Shown piece after piece: positions 41,268 to 50,219 of a stretch of 62,676 nucleotides of DNA. Both the position numbers and the translations under genes were made by a program. Positions within the stretch are counted from its first letter, which is position 1, and each line of letters opens with the position of its first letter. The DNA comes from an uncultured Bacilli bacterium. GTDB taxonomy: Bacteria > Bacillota_I > Bacilli_A > RF39 > UBA660. The stretch covers positions 1 through 62,676 of the forward strand of contig CAKOYE010000001.1 in assembly GCA_934130485.1 (NCBI GenBank), given 5' to 3'. The notes beneath the pieces were generated by a model. That model searched no databases, was not told where the DNA came from, and saw nothing but the letters and a program-made list of their open reading frames with translations.

Positions 41268-42032
41268 ATGGACAAAGCTACAATTTATTCATTTTTGCTT
41301 ACAACTATTGCAGGATTATCAACAATTATTGGTAGTTTAATTATATTTATAAAAAAATATGATAAAGATAAAGTTATATGTGCTTCATTAAGTTTTGCAT
41401 CTGCTGTTATGATAACTGTGTCATTAACTGATTTAATTCCATCAGCACTTGGTCTTTTCAGAGAAAAATATGTAACAATTTTTTCTATTATTTTATTATT
41501 AATAGGCATTAATTTGGGATTAATCTTATCTTTTTTAATAGATAAATATTTACCTGATAATAATTTAAAAACAAATAATAAAAAATTATATAGAGTAGGG
41601 ATAATTTCAATGTTAGCAATTATTTTACATAATATTCCTGAAGGTATGGCGACATTTATGGCAAGTAATACTGATATTAGTCTTGGTATTTCATTAACTA
41701 TTGCAATAGCTTTACATAATATACCAGAAGGAATTAGTATATCAGTACCAATTTATTATGCAACAAATAGTAAAATAAAGGCTATATCTTATACTGCTCT
41801 ATCTGGATTATCAGAATTATTTGGTGCAATAATAACATATCTTTTTTTAAAACCATTTATTAACGATATAATTATGGGATTATTATTTTCTATAATTGCT
41901 GGTATAATGATGCACATATCACTATATGAATTATTTCCAACATCATTAAAACTAAATAATAAAAAAATAACTTTTTTTTCTTTTATTTTTGGAATATTAT
42001 TTATGACTATTAATCATTTAATTTTTAATTAA
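41268..42032 (+). CDS. zupT: ZIP-family zinc transporter ZupT
   Basis: Duplicated HNIPEGMA / HNIPEGIS motifs and 8 TM segments. Confidence 0.85.
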   Translation: MDKATIYSFLLTTIAGLSTIIGSLIIFIKKYDKDKVICASLSFASAVMITVSLTDLIPSALGLFREKYVTIFSIILLLIGINLGLILSFLIDKYLPDNNLKTNNKKLYRVGIISMLAIILHNIPEGMATFMASNTDISLGISLTIAIALHNIPEGISISVPIYYATNSKIKAISYTALSGLSELFGAIITYLFLKPFINDIIMGLLFSIIAGIMMHISLYELFPTSLKLNNKKITFFSFIFGILFMTINHLIFN

Positions 42033-42052
42033 AATAGAGTAGGGAATAATAA

Positions 42053-42076
42053 AAAGAGACATTTGTCTCTTTATTT
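42053..42076. terminator. Bidirectional terminator at the +/- strand switch
   Basis: aaagagaca / tt / tgtctcttt, flanked by A-rich and T-rich runs. Confidence 0.65.
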
Positions 42077-42079
42077 GGG

Positions 42080-42247
42080 TTATCTGCAATCTTTATTATC
42101 AAAATTATTGTTTTTGCAGTCAGTAATAATATTGTTTGATTCATTAGTAAATCCAACATTGTCATTATGACGAGCATTACTGTTAGCTGTGTTACTAATT
42201 TTATTGTTTTTAGCAGCTTTTGATTGCATTTTACTATTCTTTTTCAT
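42080..42247 (-). CDS. Unannotated small hydrophilic protein (55 aa), N/K-rich
   Basis: MKKNSKMQSKAAKNNKISNTANSNARHNDNVGFTNESNNIITDCKNNNFDNKDCR. RBS GGTGAT 6 nt upstream, with a terminator directly downstream. It falls below the track length cutoff. Confidence 0.4.
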   Translation of the reverse strand: MKKNSKMQSKAAKNNKISNTANSNARHNDNVGFTNESNNIITDCKNNNFDNKDCR

Positions 42248-42298
42248 TCTTGATCACCCAATAATATTATTAACCATTATCAATTAAATATTCATTTT

Positions 42299-42409
42299 TT
42301 ATGCAAATAAAATCAAAATTGTAATGACTATTGTTGCTATAATTAATGCTAAAAAGGCGTACAATAATTTTCCTACACTAGAACGCATAATACTTTTAAT
42401 ATATTCCAT
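42299..42409 (-). CDS. Unannotated small hydrophobic peptide (36 aa)
   Basis: MEYIKSIMRSSVGKLLYAFLALIIATIVITILILFA. RBS GAGAGG 8 nt upstream of the ATG. Confidence 0.4.
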   Translation of the reverse strand: MEYIKSIMRSSVGKLLYAFLALIIATIVITILILFA

Positions 42410-42434
42410 TTTAAAAACCTCTCTTATTATCATT

Positions 42435-42462
42435 AGTTAACATAATATAAATTATACGAAGT
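42435..42462 (-). other. dif: Candidate dif site (XerC/XerD chromosome dimer resolution site)
   Basis: The minus-strand reading is ACTTCGTATAATTTATATTATGTTAACT. B. subtilis dif, as I recall it, is ACTTCCTAGAATATATATTATGTAAACT, giving 24/28 identity. The TTATGT..AACT XerD arm is conserved. The site lies at the coding-strand switch. Confidence 0.65.
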
Positions 42463-42769
42463 AAATAATATAATTATTTATATAGATGTTAATCCAATCA
42501 TTAATATAAAATCAATTAATATTACTATATAAATATATATAATTTTTTTAATAAAATTATATATTAAGGACATAATATTAATATCTTACTATGTATATAA
42601 TAATTCATAAAATACTATATTTATTTAACAAATTTTACTGTTAAATATCATTTAAATTAATATAATAGATGTATTATAATCCAACTACAGTAATTATTTT
42701 GTTAAAACTCTAGTAAAATATCAATAAAAACTAATAGGGGACATTCATATATAATTCCCCTATTTTCTA

Positions 42770-43546
42770 TTAATTTACTTTTCTAGATTGAATTTCAGCT
42801 ATTTTTTCAAAAACTTCTGCTGCATTTTGACTACTAATTTCATTATAACCAAGTTCTCTTAATGCTTGAACTTTTATTGTGTTTAATTCAAGTGTACGAC
42901 TCATTTTTTCTTCCATCTTATGTTCAATTTGATTTACAAAACGTTTATGAGATTCAGCCAATCTAGTTTTAGAAGCACCACCATTATTATATAAGGACAT
43001 TGCTGAGAACATTATACTTTCAAAAATAAATTGTTCATCTTCATTAAATGCAAATTCAGTTGGTTTAATTGCTCCGGTAGCTTTAGCCATATAAGCCAAA
43101 ATATATTTTAGTTCTTTACTTGTTTCCATAGTTTGTAAATAATAATACAAATATCTATAAGCATTATATGTATCTGAATCATTATCATCATCAAGATTTT
43201 CCCTTAATAATTCAATTATATTATGCAATAATTCTTTTTGCTTTTTTCCAATTCCATTATATAAATTACTATCTATAACTTCATTTTTTTGAGAATTATC
43301 AAATAAACTATTTAACCTTGTTTCGACACTTAAAATATAATCTGTATCTACTTTTATATTCTGAACATCTTCTGCTGATTTAACCCCTAATAAATTTAGT
43401 AATAAAACTTTTTTATCTTTTGGCCATTTATTAATATCATCTAACTCCAAATAATTATAAATCATTTGTCTTGATACACCTAATACTTTTGCTAATTTAA
43501 CTTTTGATATTCCTAGTTCGTGTAATATATCATTTAGTCTATTCAT
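42770..43546 (-). CDS. XRE-family HTH protein with a roughly 200 aa helical C-terminal domain
   Basis: HTH LGISKVKLAKVLGVSRQMIYNYL. Start MNRLNDIL behind aggaggg. Terminator hairpin at 42733-42764. Confidence 0.7.
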   Translation of the reverse strand: MNRLNDILHELGISKVKLAKVLGVSRQMIYNYLELDDINKWPKDKKVLLLNLLGVKSAEDVQNIKVDTDYILSVETRLNSLFDNSQKNEVIDSNLYNGIGKKQKELLHNIIELLRENLDDDNDSDTYNAYRYLYYYLQTMETSKELKYILAYMAKATGAIKPTEFAFNEDEQFIFESIMFSAMSLYNNGGASKTRLAESHKRFVNQIEHKMEEKMSRTLELNTIKVQALRELGYNEISSQNAAEVFEKIAEIQSRKVN

Positions 43547-43619
43547 CTTGTACCCTCCTAATATCATTTTATCATTTATATGTCAAATGTCAAGTGTAAA
43601 GCTTTAGTCTAGTAATTTT

Positions 43620-44726
43620 TTATAAATACCATAGTTTTTGACCATTTTTTCTTACTTCTTTTATTATGCCACCACCTAAGCATTCATCGTTTTCATAAAA
43701 AACACATGCTTGTCCTGGTGTAACTGATTTAACTCCTTGTGGATATTTAACAATTATATTAAAATTATCTAAATATTCTAATTTAACTTGATTATCTGTT
43801 TGGCGGTATCTAAATTTTGCAGTACATTCAAGTGGTTTATGATCACTTATCCAATTTACTTGTTCAATAACTGCTTCAGTACTGATTAAATAATCATTTT
43901 TTTCATTAAATGCAACATATAAAATATTTTTATCTAGATTTTTTCCAACAACAAATAATTTATCATTATTTCCACCTAAATTTAATCCTTTTCGTTGACC
44001 AATTGTATAATACATTAATCCAATATGTTCCCCTACTACCTCATTTGTATCAATATTTAGTATTTTACCAGGTATATTCGGTAAATAATTTTTTAAAAAA
44101 TCTTTGAAATTTCTTTCTCCAATAAAACAAATACCTGTTGAATCCTTTTTGTGAGCAGTTATTAAATCATATTTTTCAGCTATTTTTCTAACAACTGGTT
44201 TTTCTAATTCTCCAACTGGAAATAATACATTTTCTAATTGTTTGTTAGATAATTGTGATAAAAAATACGATTGGTCCTTATTATTATCTAACCCTCTATA
44301 TAGTTTGCCGTCTTTAACTCGCGCATAATGACCTGTTGCTATATAATCAGCGCCTAATTTTTTTGCTTCTTTTACAAATGCATCAAATTTAATATATTTG
44401 TTACACATAATATCAGGATTAGGCGTTCTTCCTTTTTTTAATTCATCTAGAAAATATGTAAAAACATAATCCCAATATTCTTTTACAAAATCTATTCTAT
44501 GTAAAGGAATGTTAAGTTTTTTACAAACTGATAAAGCATCATTATAATCCTGTTCTTGAGGACAAATATTATTATTTAATGTTGGATTTCCTAGAATATC
44601 ATTATTTATAGAACTATCCCAATTTCTCATAAATAAGCCGATTACATTGTAACCTTCTTCTATTAATTTAATAGCCGCAACACTACTATCTACTCCACCA
44701 CTCATACCTACTACTACGGTTTTCAT
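43620..44726 (-). CDS. mnmA: tRNA 2-thiouridine(34) synthase
   Basis: PP-loop VVGMSGGVDSS. Catalytic Cys contexts PNPDIMCNKYIKF and DSTGICFIGE. Confidence 0.93.
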   Translation of the reverse strand: MKTVVVGMSGGVDSSVAAIKLIEEGYNVIGLFMRNWDSSINNDILGNPTLNNNICPQEQDYNDALSVCKKLNIPLHRIDFVKEYWDYVFTYFLDELKKGRTPNPDIMCNKYIKFDAFVKEAKKLGADYIATGHYARVKDGKLYRGLDNNKDQSYFLSQLSNKQLENVLFPVGELEKPVVRKIAEKYDLITAHKKDSTGICFIGERNFKDFLKNYLPNIPGKILNIDTNEVVGEHIGLMYYTIGQRKGLNLGGNNDKLFVVGKNLDKNILYVAFNEKNDYLISTEAVIEQVNWISDHKPLECTAKFRYRQTDNQVKLEYLDNFNIIVKYPQGVKSVTPGQACVFYENDECLGGGIIKEVRKNGQKLWYL

Positions 44727-44814
44727 TCAATCATTCCCTTCACTAGAAATTTACAGTATTATTATAACACTATTTGAAATATATGTAAAATTATAAAAAA
44801 AGCCCTATGGCTTT

Positions 44815-45441
44815 TTACAAAAATGATATTACTAATTTAATAATATGTGGTGTTATAAAAATTTCTATAGCTGATGTTAATATTACAGAAATTAAACAAA
44901 TTATTAATACTTTCAAATATTTATTCATTATAAATTTAAAATCAAGTGTTTGTTTTTTTATAATTGTTTGGATCATCTTTAATGATAGAGATATAGAATA
45001 CATTGCAAGAAAAATATATACAAAAATATTTATAATCATATGTGGAAATATATAAGCAAGCGCTAATAAACAACCTTTTAATTTATAATTAACTATTATG
45101 CTAGCAACAGAAAACCCCATTATAAATGTTTTTGAAAAAAATATAAATATTGTAATAGGAAGTCCAATTATCGAAATTCCTAATAACCAAATAAGTAAAA
45201 TATAGCCAAAATTGGATATTATAGAATTGATAAAACTTGCATTATAATCTAAACTATTATTTTGAATATTATAAATAAAATTATTTAAAAATTCACTCAC
45301 TAATTTACTATCATCTGAATTTAAGGCAATGTTTAAAATTGTGCCAATAATTACTCCGATTATTCCAATTATACTTAGAAAAATTAACATATTTTTATTA
45401 GTTTTAATATTGCTTTTAATCTTGTCCAATAATTTTTTCAT
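44815..45441 (-). CDS. spoIIM: Stage II sporulation protein M-like membrane protein
   Basis: About 208 aa with 5 TM segments and SpoIIM/DUF95-like topology and N-terminus. Assignment by resemblance only. Confidence 0.6.
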   Translation of the reverse strand: MKKLLDKIKSNIKTNKNMLIFLSIIGIIGVIIGTILNIALNSDDSKLVSEFLNNFIYNIQNNSLDYNASFINSIISNFGYILLIWLLGISIIGLPITIFIFFSKTFIMGFSVASIIVNYKLKGCLLALAYIFPHMIINIFVYIFLAMYSISLSLKMIQTIIKKQTLDFKFIMNKYLKVLIICLISVILTSAIEIFITPHIIKLVISFL

Positions 45442-45528
45442 ATCATCACCTATAAAATAATATTTAAAATTATAATTAATATTCCAAAAAATTAAAATAT
45501 ATAGTATAATTTATGTTGAGGTGTTATC

Positions 45529-45615
45529 ATGAACGAAAAATTTAAAAAAGCTATGGTAATTTTTATGCTAGTTGCTGTTATTGCAATGTTTGTATCATCT
45601 TTAATATTTATTTAA
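45529..45615 (+). CDS. Unannotated 28-aa hydrophobic peptide
   Basis: MNEKFKKAMVIFMLVAVIAMFVSSLIFI. RBS GAGGTG 6 nt upstream, TATAAT at 45505-10 and a bidirectional terminator at about 45648-45690. Confidence 0.35.
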   Translation: MNEKFKKAMVIFMLVAVIAMFVSSLIFI

Positions 45616-45732
45616 AAAAATTAAAAACTACTAACAAAGTGATTAAAAAAAACTGATATTTTGAGCTTTACTCTCTGTATCAGTTTTTTATTTAACAAAT
45701 ATTAAGATATTAATTTATTCCTACTTATAATC

Positions 45733-46134
45733 TTATTTTAACTTTGAATTAATTAATTTTCTGATTGCTTCAATTTCTTCATACTTATCATCTATTTCAT
45801 TTTTATAATTCTTAGATATTTTATAAATAGTAATTAATGCGCATATATATGATGAAATCGATACAATAATTCCTAGTGTAGAAAATCCTTGTATTATTAA
45901 AAATAATCCAAAAATTAATAAGATTAAAAATGTTATTGATAAAATAATTAATTGTAATTTGTTTTTGTGCTCTTGCTCTAATTCAGTAATTCTTAATTTA
46001 AGATAATCTAATTGTTCATCTTTAGTCAATTGCATTTTTTCCATATTTGCTAACACATTATTATAAACTATTTGACTTTTAGATTCATCTTTACTTCCAA
46101 TGCTTATATTTATACTACCCTTTTCCTTTTTCAT
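45733..46134 (-). CDS. Hypothetical membrane protein with an N-terminal coiled coil (133 aa)
   Basis: RBS aagagggatt. Two TM segments after a charged helical region. Confidence 0.5.
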   Translation of the reverse strand: MKKEKGSINISIGSKDESKSQIVYNNVLANMEKMQLTKDEQLDYLKLRITELEQEHKNKLQLIILSITFLILLIFGLFLIIQGFSTLGIIVSISSYICALITIYKISKNYKNEIDDKYEEIEAIRKLINSKLK

Positions 46135-46554
46135 ATAATCCCTCTTTCTTGAGGTATTATTATATATTTTTTATGTATAAAAGTCAATGAAAATTACTAT
46201 TTTACAATAGTTACACCAACAAATTAATAAATACTAAAATATTAAAATTTATTATTTATTAATTTTTATTTTAAATTAAATAAAGAATGAAGACTAAGTT
46301 TCAATTTAATAGATTAATTAAATATGATTGTGTTTGCATTATTATATTATATTTATAAAATCAATAATTCATTGGTTACAAGTAATATAAAAACAAAAAA
46401 ATGAATTAACCTACCGTTCAAAATAAGTTAATTCAAAAAAACAAACTAGAAAAGAAAATAATAATATAATATTATTTTCCCTTCTACACTACATTATAAA
46501 TGTTTTAAAATAAAATATCAATGGAAGAAACATAATAAATGAATAAAAATTTTT

Positions 46555-46576
46555 TAATACCATTTAAGATGACATA
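46555..46576 (+). repeat. 22-bp perfect direct repeat, copy 1
   Basis: taataccatttaagatgacata is identical to 47101-47122. Confidence 0.8.
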
Positions 46577-46777
46577 AATCTAAAACTTTTTATATTTAAA
46601 GATATTTATGATGAAAAAGATAATGTTAGACTTATAATGAAGTACAAAACTGTTAAATATATAAGTATGATAAATAAAAATGAACAAAAATTATTACTTA
46701 AAAGAAATACAAGTTTTAAAATATTGAAAAAATATTATGTGAATGGTAAACTATATCGTAGATATGGAGGAATTATA

Positions 46778-46984
46778 ATGAAATTTAATGGTATTCCAAA
46801 AGGAAAAGAAAAAAATAGATTATATGAACCTGTTGTTATGGAAATGGTGGAACCTCTTACAGGCGTATTAAAAAAAATTGTAGAAGAAGCAGAAGAACAA
46901 TTTGCAAAAGGTGAAATAAATTCAATAGATTATGAAGAATTAAGGAAAAAAGCAAAAGAAATAGAAGATAGCACTCAGAAATAG
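46778..46984 (+). CDS. Small acidic hypothetical protein (68 aa)
   Basis: MKFNGIPKGKEKNRLYEP... behind a GGAGG RBS. A terminator hairpin gcactc/gagtgc plus T-run overlaps the stop. The upstream part of the track ORF has no RBS. Confidence 0.45.
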   Translation: MKFNGIPKGKEKNRLYEPVVMEMVEPLTGVLKKIVEEAEEQFAKGEINSIDYEELRKKAKEIEDSTQK

Positions 46985-47100
46985 AGTGCTTTTTATATGA
47001 TTTAATAGTTTTAGTAGTTGCAATTCCTACAGAGGCACAAGGTTGATTAAATGAAATCGTTTTTTTCGTGTGGTATAACAATAGGTGCTAAAGCTTGTCT

Positions 47101-47122
47101 TAATACCATTTAAGATGACATA
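47101..47122 (+). repeat. 22-bp perfect direct repeat, copy 2
   Basis: Identical to 46555-46576, 546 bp downstream. Confidence 0.8.
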
Positions 47123-47169
47123 GAGAGTTAAAATAAAGCTTTAAGCCTAAATGCTCACATTATGTGTTC

Positions 47170-47191
47170 GACTGTTTAGCAGTCTTTTTTT
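47170..47191 (+). terminator. Intrinsic terminator with no annotated gene upstream
   Basis: gactg / tttag / cagtc followed by ttttttt. Confidence 0.55.
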
Positions 47192-47207
47192 ATGTCTTCA
47201 ACTTAAT

Positions 47208-47248
47208 AAAAAAGGCTACTACAAAACCTTTCAAGTCTGTACTAGCCC
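47208..47248 (-). terminator. Terminator of the radical-SAM...GT2 operon
   Basis: ggctagtac...gtagtagcc (8 of 9 bp paired) followed by tttttt on the minus strand, about 50 nt after the GT2 stop. Confidence 0.6.
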
Positions 47249-47299
47249 TTAAACAATTTAATTTTATCATTTTACACGACATATTTCAACAAATTTCAC

Positions 47300-47995
47300 T
47301 TAAGAATTATATTTTTTACGTCCTTTAAAAAATATCTTACAAATTTTTATAGAATCCTTTATTGGATTAAATCTTGAATGTTTATTTTTATTTATATAAA
47401 CTGTATTAATAGTAATTTCAATTATGTTAATATGTTTTTTTATGCAATAAATTAATACATTAGTTTCAAAATCAAATTTATTGCCATCTAAATAACATAA
47501 CTCTTTAATTAAACTATTTGGATATATTCTAAGTCCTGTTTGCGTATCTGATATATATTTTTTATAAAATATTTTAAACATTCTTGACGTAATTTTATTT
47601 CCAAGTTTAGATTTTAATGGAACAATCTTTAAATTAAAATTTCTAACACCTAATATTAAACTATTATTATCAAAAAAATTCATTAATTTAAAAGTATCTT
47701 CTATCAGGTGTTGTGAATCATCATCTAAGGTTATAATTCCATCATATTTATCTTTTAAATTTCTTATATAATATCTAAATCCAGTTTTTAATGCTGCACC
47801 TTTTCCTAAATTAATTTGATGAGTTAAAATGGTACAGTACTTTAATTTTTTTAAATCTTCAAATATTTTTTTATCTTTAGATCCATCATCAACAATTAAG
47901 ATTTCTGAAAACCCACTTTTATATAAGTCTTTAACATACTGAATTAATGAGTTTGTGGGATTAAATGATGGAATAAGCGGTATAATTTTTTTCAT
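47300..47995 (-). CDS. Family 2 glycosyltransferase
   Basis: IPLIPSFNP...ILIVDDGSKD...TLDDDSQH (DxD). 231 aa. Confidence 0.8.
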   Translation of the reverse strand: MKKIIPLIPSFNPTNSLIQYVKDLYKSGFSEILIVDDGSKDKKIFEDLKKLKYCTILTHQINLGKGAALKTGFRYYIRNLKDKYDGIITLDDDSQHLIEDTFKLMNFFDNNSLILGVRNFNLKIVPLKSKLGNKITSRMFKIFYKKYISDTQTGLRIYPNSLIKELCYLDGNKFDFETNVLIYCIKKHINIIEITINTVYINKNKHSRFNPIKDSIKICKIFFKGRKKYNS

Positions 47996-47997
47996 AG

Positions 47998-49269
47998 TTA
48001 ATTCCCTTCTAATTCATTTAAAATAGATTGCGCAATAGATTTAGCATATTTATCATTATTATTTTTAATATTAGTAACATCCTTTTTACTTGTTAAATAA
48101 CCAAGTTCTAATAAATAACTTTCCATTCCTACATTTGAATTATAATAATAGTTATAAGCAGTACCATCCCTACCATCTTTATAAGCACCACTCATATATC
48201 CACCTGTTTCACGAATAATAAAATAATATGTAGTTTTTAGGTCTATATCATAAGGTTTATACCCTTGTGTTTTAGCTGTTTCACTAGCTTCACGCAAATC
48301 AATGTCCTGAAGTGTTCTTGTATAAACACCATTTTGAACTTTGAAAGAATTATTAGTTGAAAATTTTGTTCCAGAATTTTTTACAATATTACTAGCTAAA
48401 GAAGACGCAAACGAATAATCGATATTATAAGATGTATATATTTCAAGTCCAGAATCATTGTAATCATTGCTGTTTAAATGAATTGCAAACAAATATTTTG
48501 CCTTACTATCATTTGCTATATTAACTCTTCCATTTTTTCCATAATTTGGCAGCCTTTCTTCTGAACTTAGATCACCTCTAGTTAATTTAACCTTAAGTCC
48601 GTTTTTTTCTAATTCTTCTTTTACTTTAGAACTAATTAAATAAGTAAAATCAGTTTCACAATAAGAATTACCACAAGCACCCTTATCAATGCCACCATGT
48701 CCTGGATCTAACACAATATCATATACTTCTTCGTTATTATCTTTTTTTACATTAAGATTTATAGTATCATTTTTATTTTGAAAATTATATTTTTTTTGAG
48801 TGTTATTTTTTCTAATTGAATAATATTCAGTTTCTTCGTAATTTGTATTATTTTTTAATTTATAATATATAATATCATTTCCATTAATTAATTCTATATA
48901 TAAGTTATAATTTCCTACATCTAAGTTATCAATTAAATAACCATTATTTATTTTATCACCGAGGTAAAAATTAATATTATTATTTTCAAATTCATAATTA
49001 AGTGGTACCTTTGTATCTTCCCCAGAATGAAATAATAAATTAATTTCATCAAAACTTAAATTTTCTTCTATATTACCTTTAATATTTAAATGATTTCCAT
49101 AAATATAAATTTCTGAAATAAATGCCACATTATCTGTTTCAATAATATATTTTTTAGGAAATAAGTTAAATAAAATTTTTATTCCACAAAACGTAATATA
49201 TACAACTATTATAAAAATTATAAATAATAATAGTAATTTTTTTGTTCTTTTTGATTTTTTCCTTTTCAT
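47998..49269 (-). CDS. N-acetylmuramoyl-L-alanine amidase (Amidase_3) with an N-terminal TM anchor and an unknown domain
   Basis: C-terminal IVLDPGHGGIDKGA...AIHLNS...LLELGYL motifs are CwlD/CwlC-type. Confidence 0.8.
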   Translation of the reverse strand: MKRKKSKRTKKLLLLFIIFIIVVYITFCGIKILFNLFPKKYIIETDNVAFISEIYIYGNHLNIKGNIEENLSFDEINLLFHSGEDTKVPLNYEFENNNINFYLGDKINNGYLIDNLDVGNYNLYIELINGNDIIYYKLKNNTNYEETEYYSIRKNNTQKKYNFQNKNDTINLNVKKDNNEEVYDIVLDPGHGGIDKGACGNSYCETDFTYLISSKVKEELEKNGLKVKLTRGDLSSEERLPNYGKNGRVNIANDSKAKYLFAIHLNSNDYNDSGLEIYTSYNIDYSFASSLASNIVKNSGTKFSTNNSFKVQNGVYTRTLQDIDLREASETAKTQGYKPYDIDLKTTYYFIIRETGGYMSGAYKDGRDGTAYNYYYNSNVGMESYLLELGYLTSKKDVTNIKNNNDKYAKSIAQSILNELEGN

Positions 49270-49333
49270 ATCGTTACCTCAATATCATTATAACAAAAAA
49301 ATTAGTAATCAATATACTAATTTAATAATTTTT

Positions 49334-50215
49334 TTAAGACTTTACATTATCAATTTCTATAATATCCATATCGTTATAATACAAACAATTGAGTTTTTGT
49401 AAAAATTTTGGAGCTGTTGCTGAAAATTTAATAATTCCACCAGTTATAATTAAAACTATTTTTTTATTATTAATAATGAATTCTTTCCTACCTCTTGTAT
49501 TCTTTGGAAAAAATTTTTTTTGTGGACTTACTAAACCAATTGTAGTAGGTAATTTTTTTAAAAAAGGAAATAACAATCCATCATGCATGTGTCCAGATAA
49601 AATTAAATCAACTGAATTTATTATTTTAATTTGTTCTAATGTTTTTTTCTTTATTTTAAGTGGAGAATGACACATCAAAATTGTATATTTATCTTTATTA
49701 ATATTTTTAAATTTACAATTTATTTCTTTAATTAATACTTCTTCACTTTCATGAGATTTAAAATAATCTCTACTTGGCGTATAACCAATAATATTAAAAA
49801 GATCATTCTCATATATTGAGTTATCCAGTAAAATTACTCGATTATTTTTATTTTTTTTAATCATATTATGCCAATATTTAATGGATTCACTAGAGATATT
49901 ACCTGTTTTATATTTTTTTAAATTACAATAATCATGACTACTTATTGTAAGTAATGTAATAGCATATTTAGATAATTCATTTAAAAAGTTTAATAGAAGG
50001 ATTTCATTTTCTTTTTTTTCTAAAACACTAAATTCATCTATAATATCACCACATATGCAAATAAAGTTTGGCTTTTGAATTTTAACATTATTTATAATAT
50101 CATCTAAAATATTAATATTATAATTATTGCATAAATGAATATCCGCAATTAATAATATTTTTTGTTTATTATTAATTTTTTTATTGATTAAGTTATATTT
50201 TTTTACTTTTAACAT
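49334..50215 (-). CDS. Calcineurin-like metallophosphoesterase
   Basis: LIADIHL, CGDIID, SGHMHDG. Start at MLKVKK behind aggtga; the track N-terminal extension overlaps the upstream gene. Confidence 0.8.
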   Translation of the reverse strand: MLKVKKYNLINKKINNKQKILLIADIHLCNNYNINILDDIINNVKIQKPNFICICGDIIDEFSVLEKKENEILLLNFLNELSKYAITLLTISSHDYCNLKKYKTGNISSESIKYWHNMIKKNKNNRVILLDNSIYENDLFNIIGYTPSRDYFKSHESEEVLIKEINCKFKNINKDKYTILMCHSPLKIKKKTLEQIKIINSVDLILSGHMHDGLLFPFLKKLPTTIGLVSPQKKFFPKNTRGRKEFIINNKKIVLIITGGIIKFSATAPKFLQKLNCLYYNDMDIIEIDNVKS

Positions 50216-50219
50216 AAAA

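Noticed and set aside
42565-42592. Second dif-like half site (taaggACATAAtattaatatcttactat) about 100 bp from the candidate dif, which could mark an IMEX boundary.
   Set aside because: Only ACATAA of one arm matches and the opposite arm shows no similarity. That is insufficient to call a pseudo-dif or attachment site.
46637-46777. N-terminal 47 codons of track ORF 46637-46984.
   Set aside because: There is no RBS at 46637, while a strong GGAGG precedes the internal ATG at 46778. The upstream part is more likely 5' UTR or promoter.
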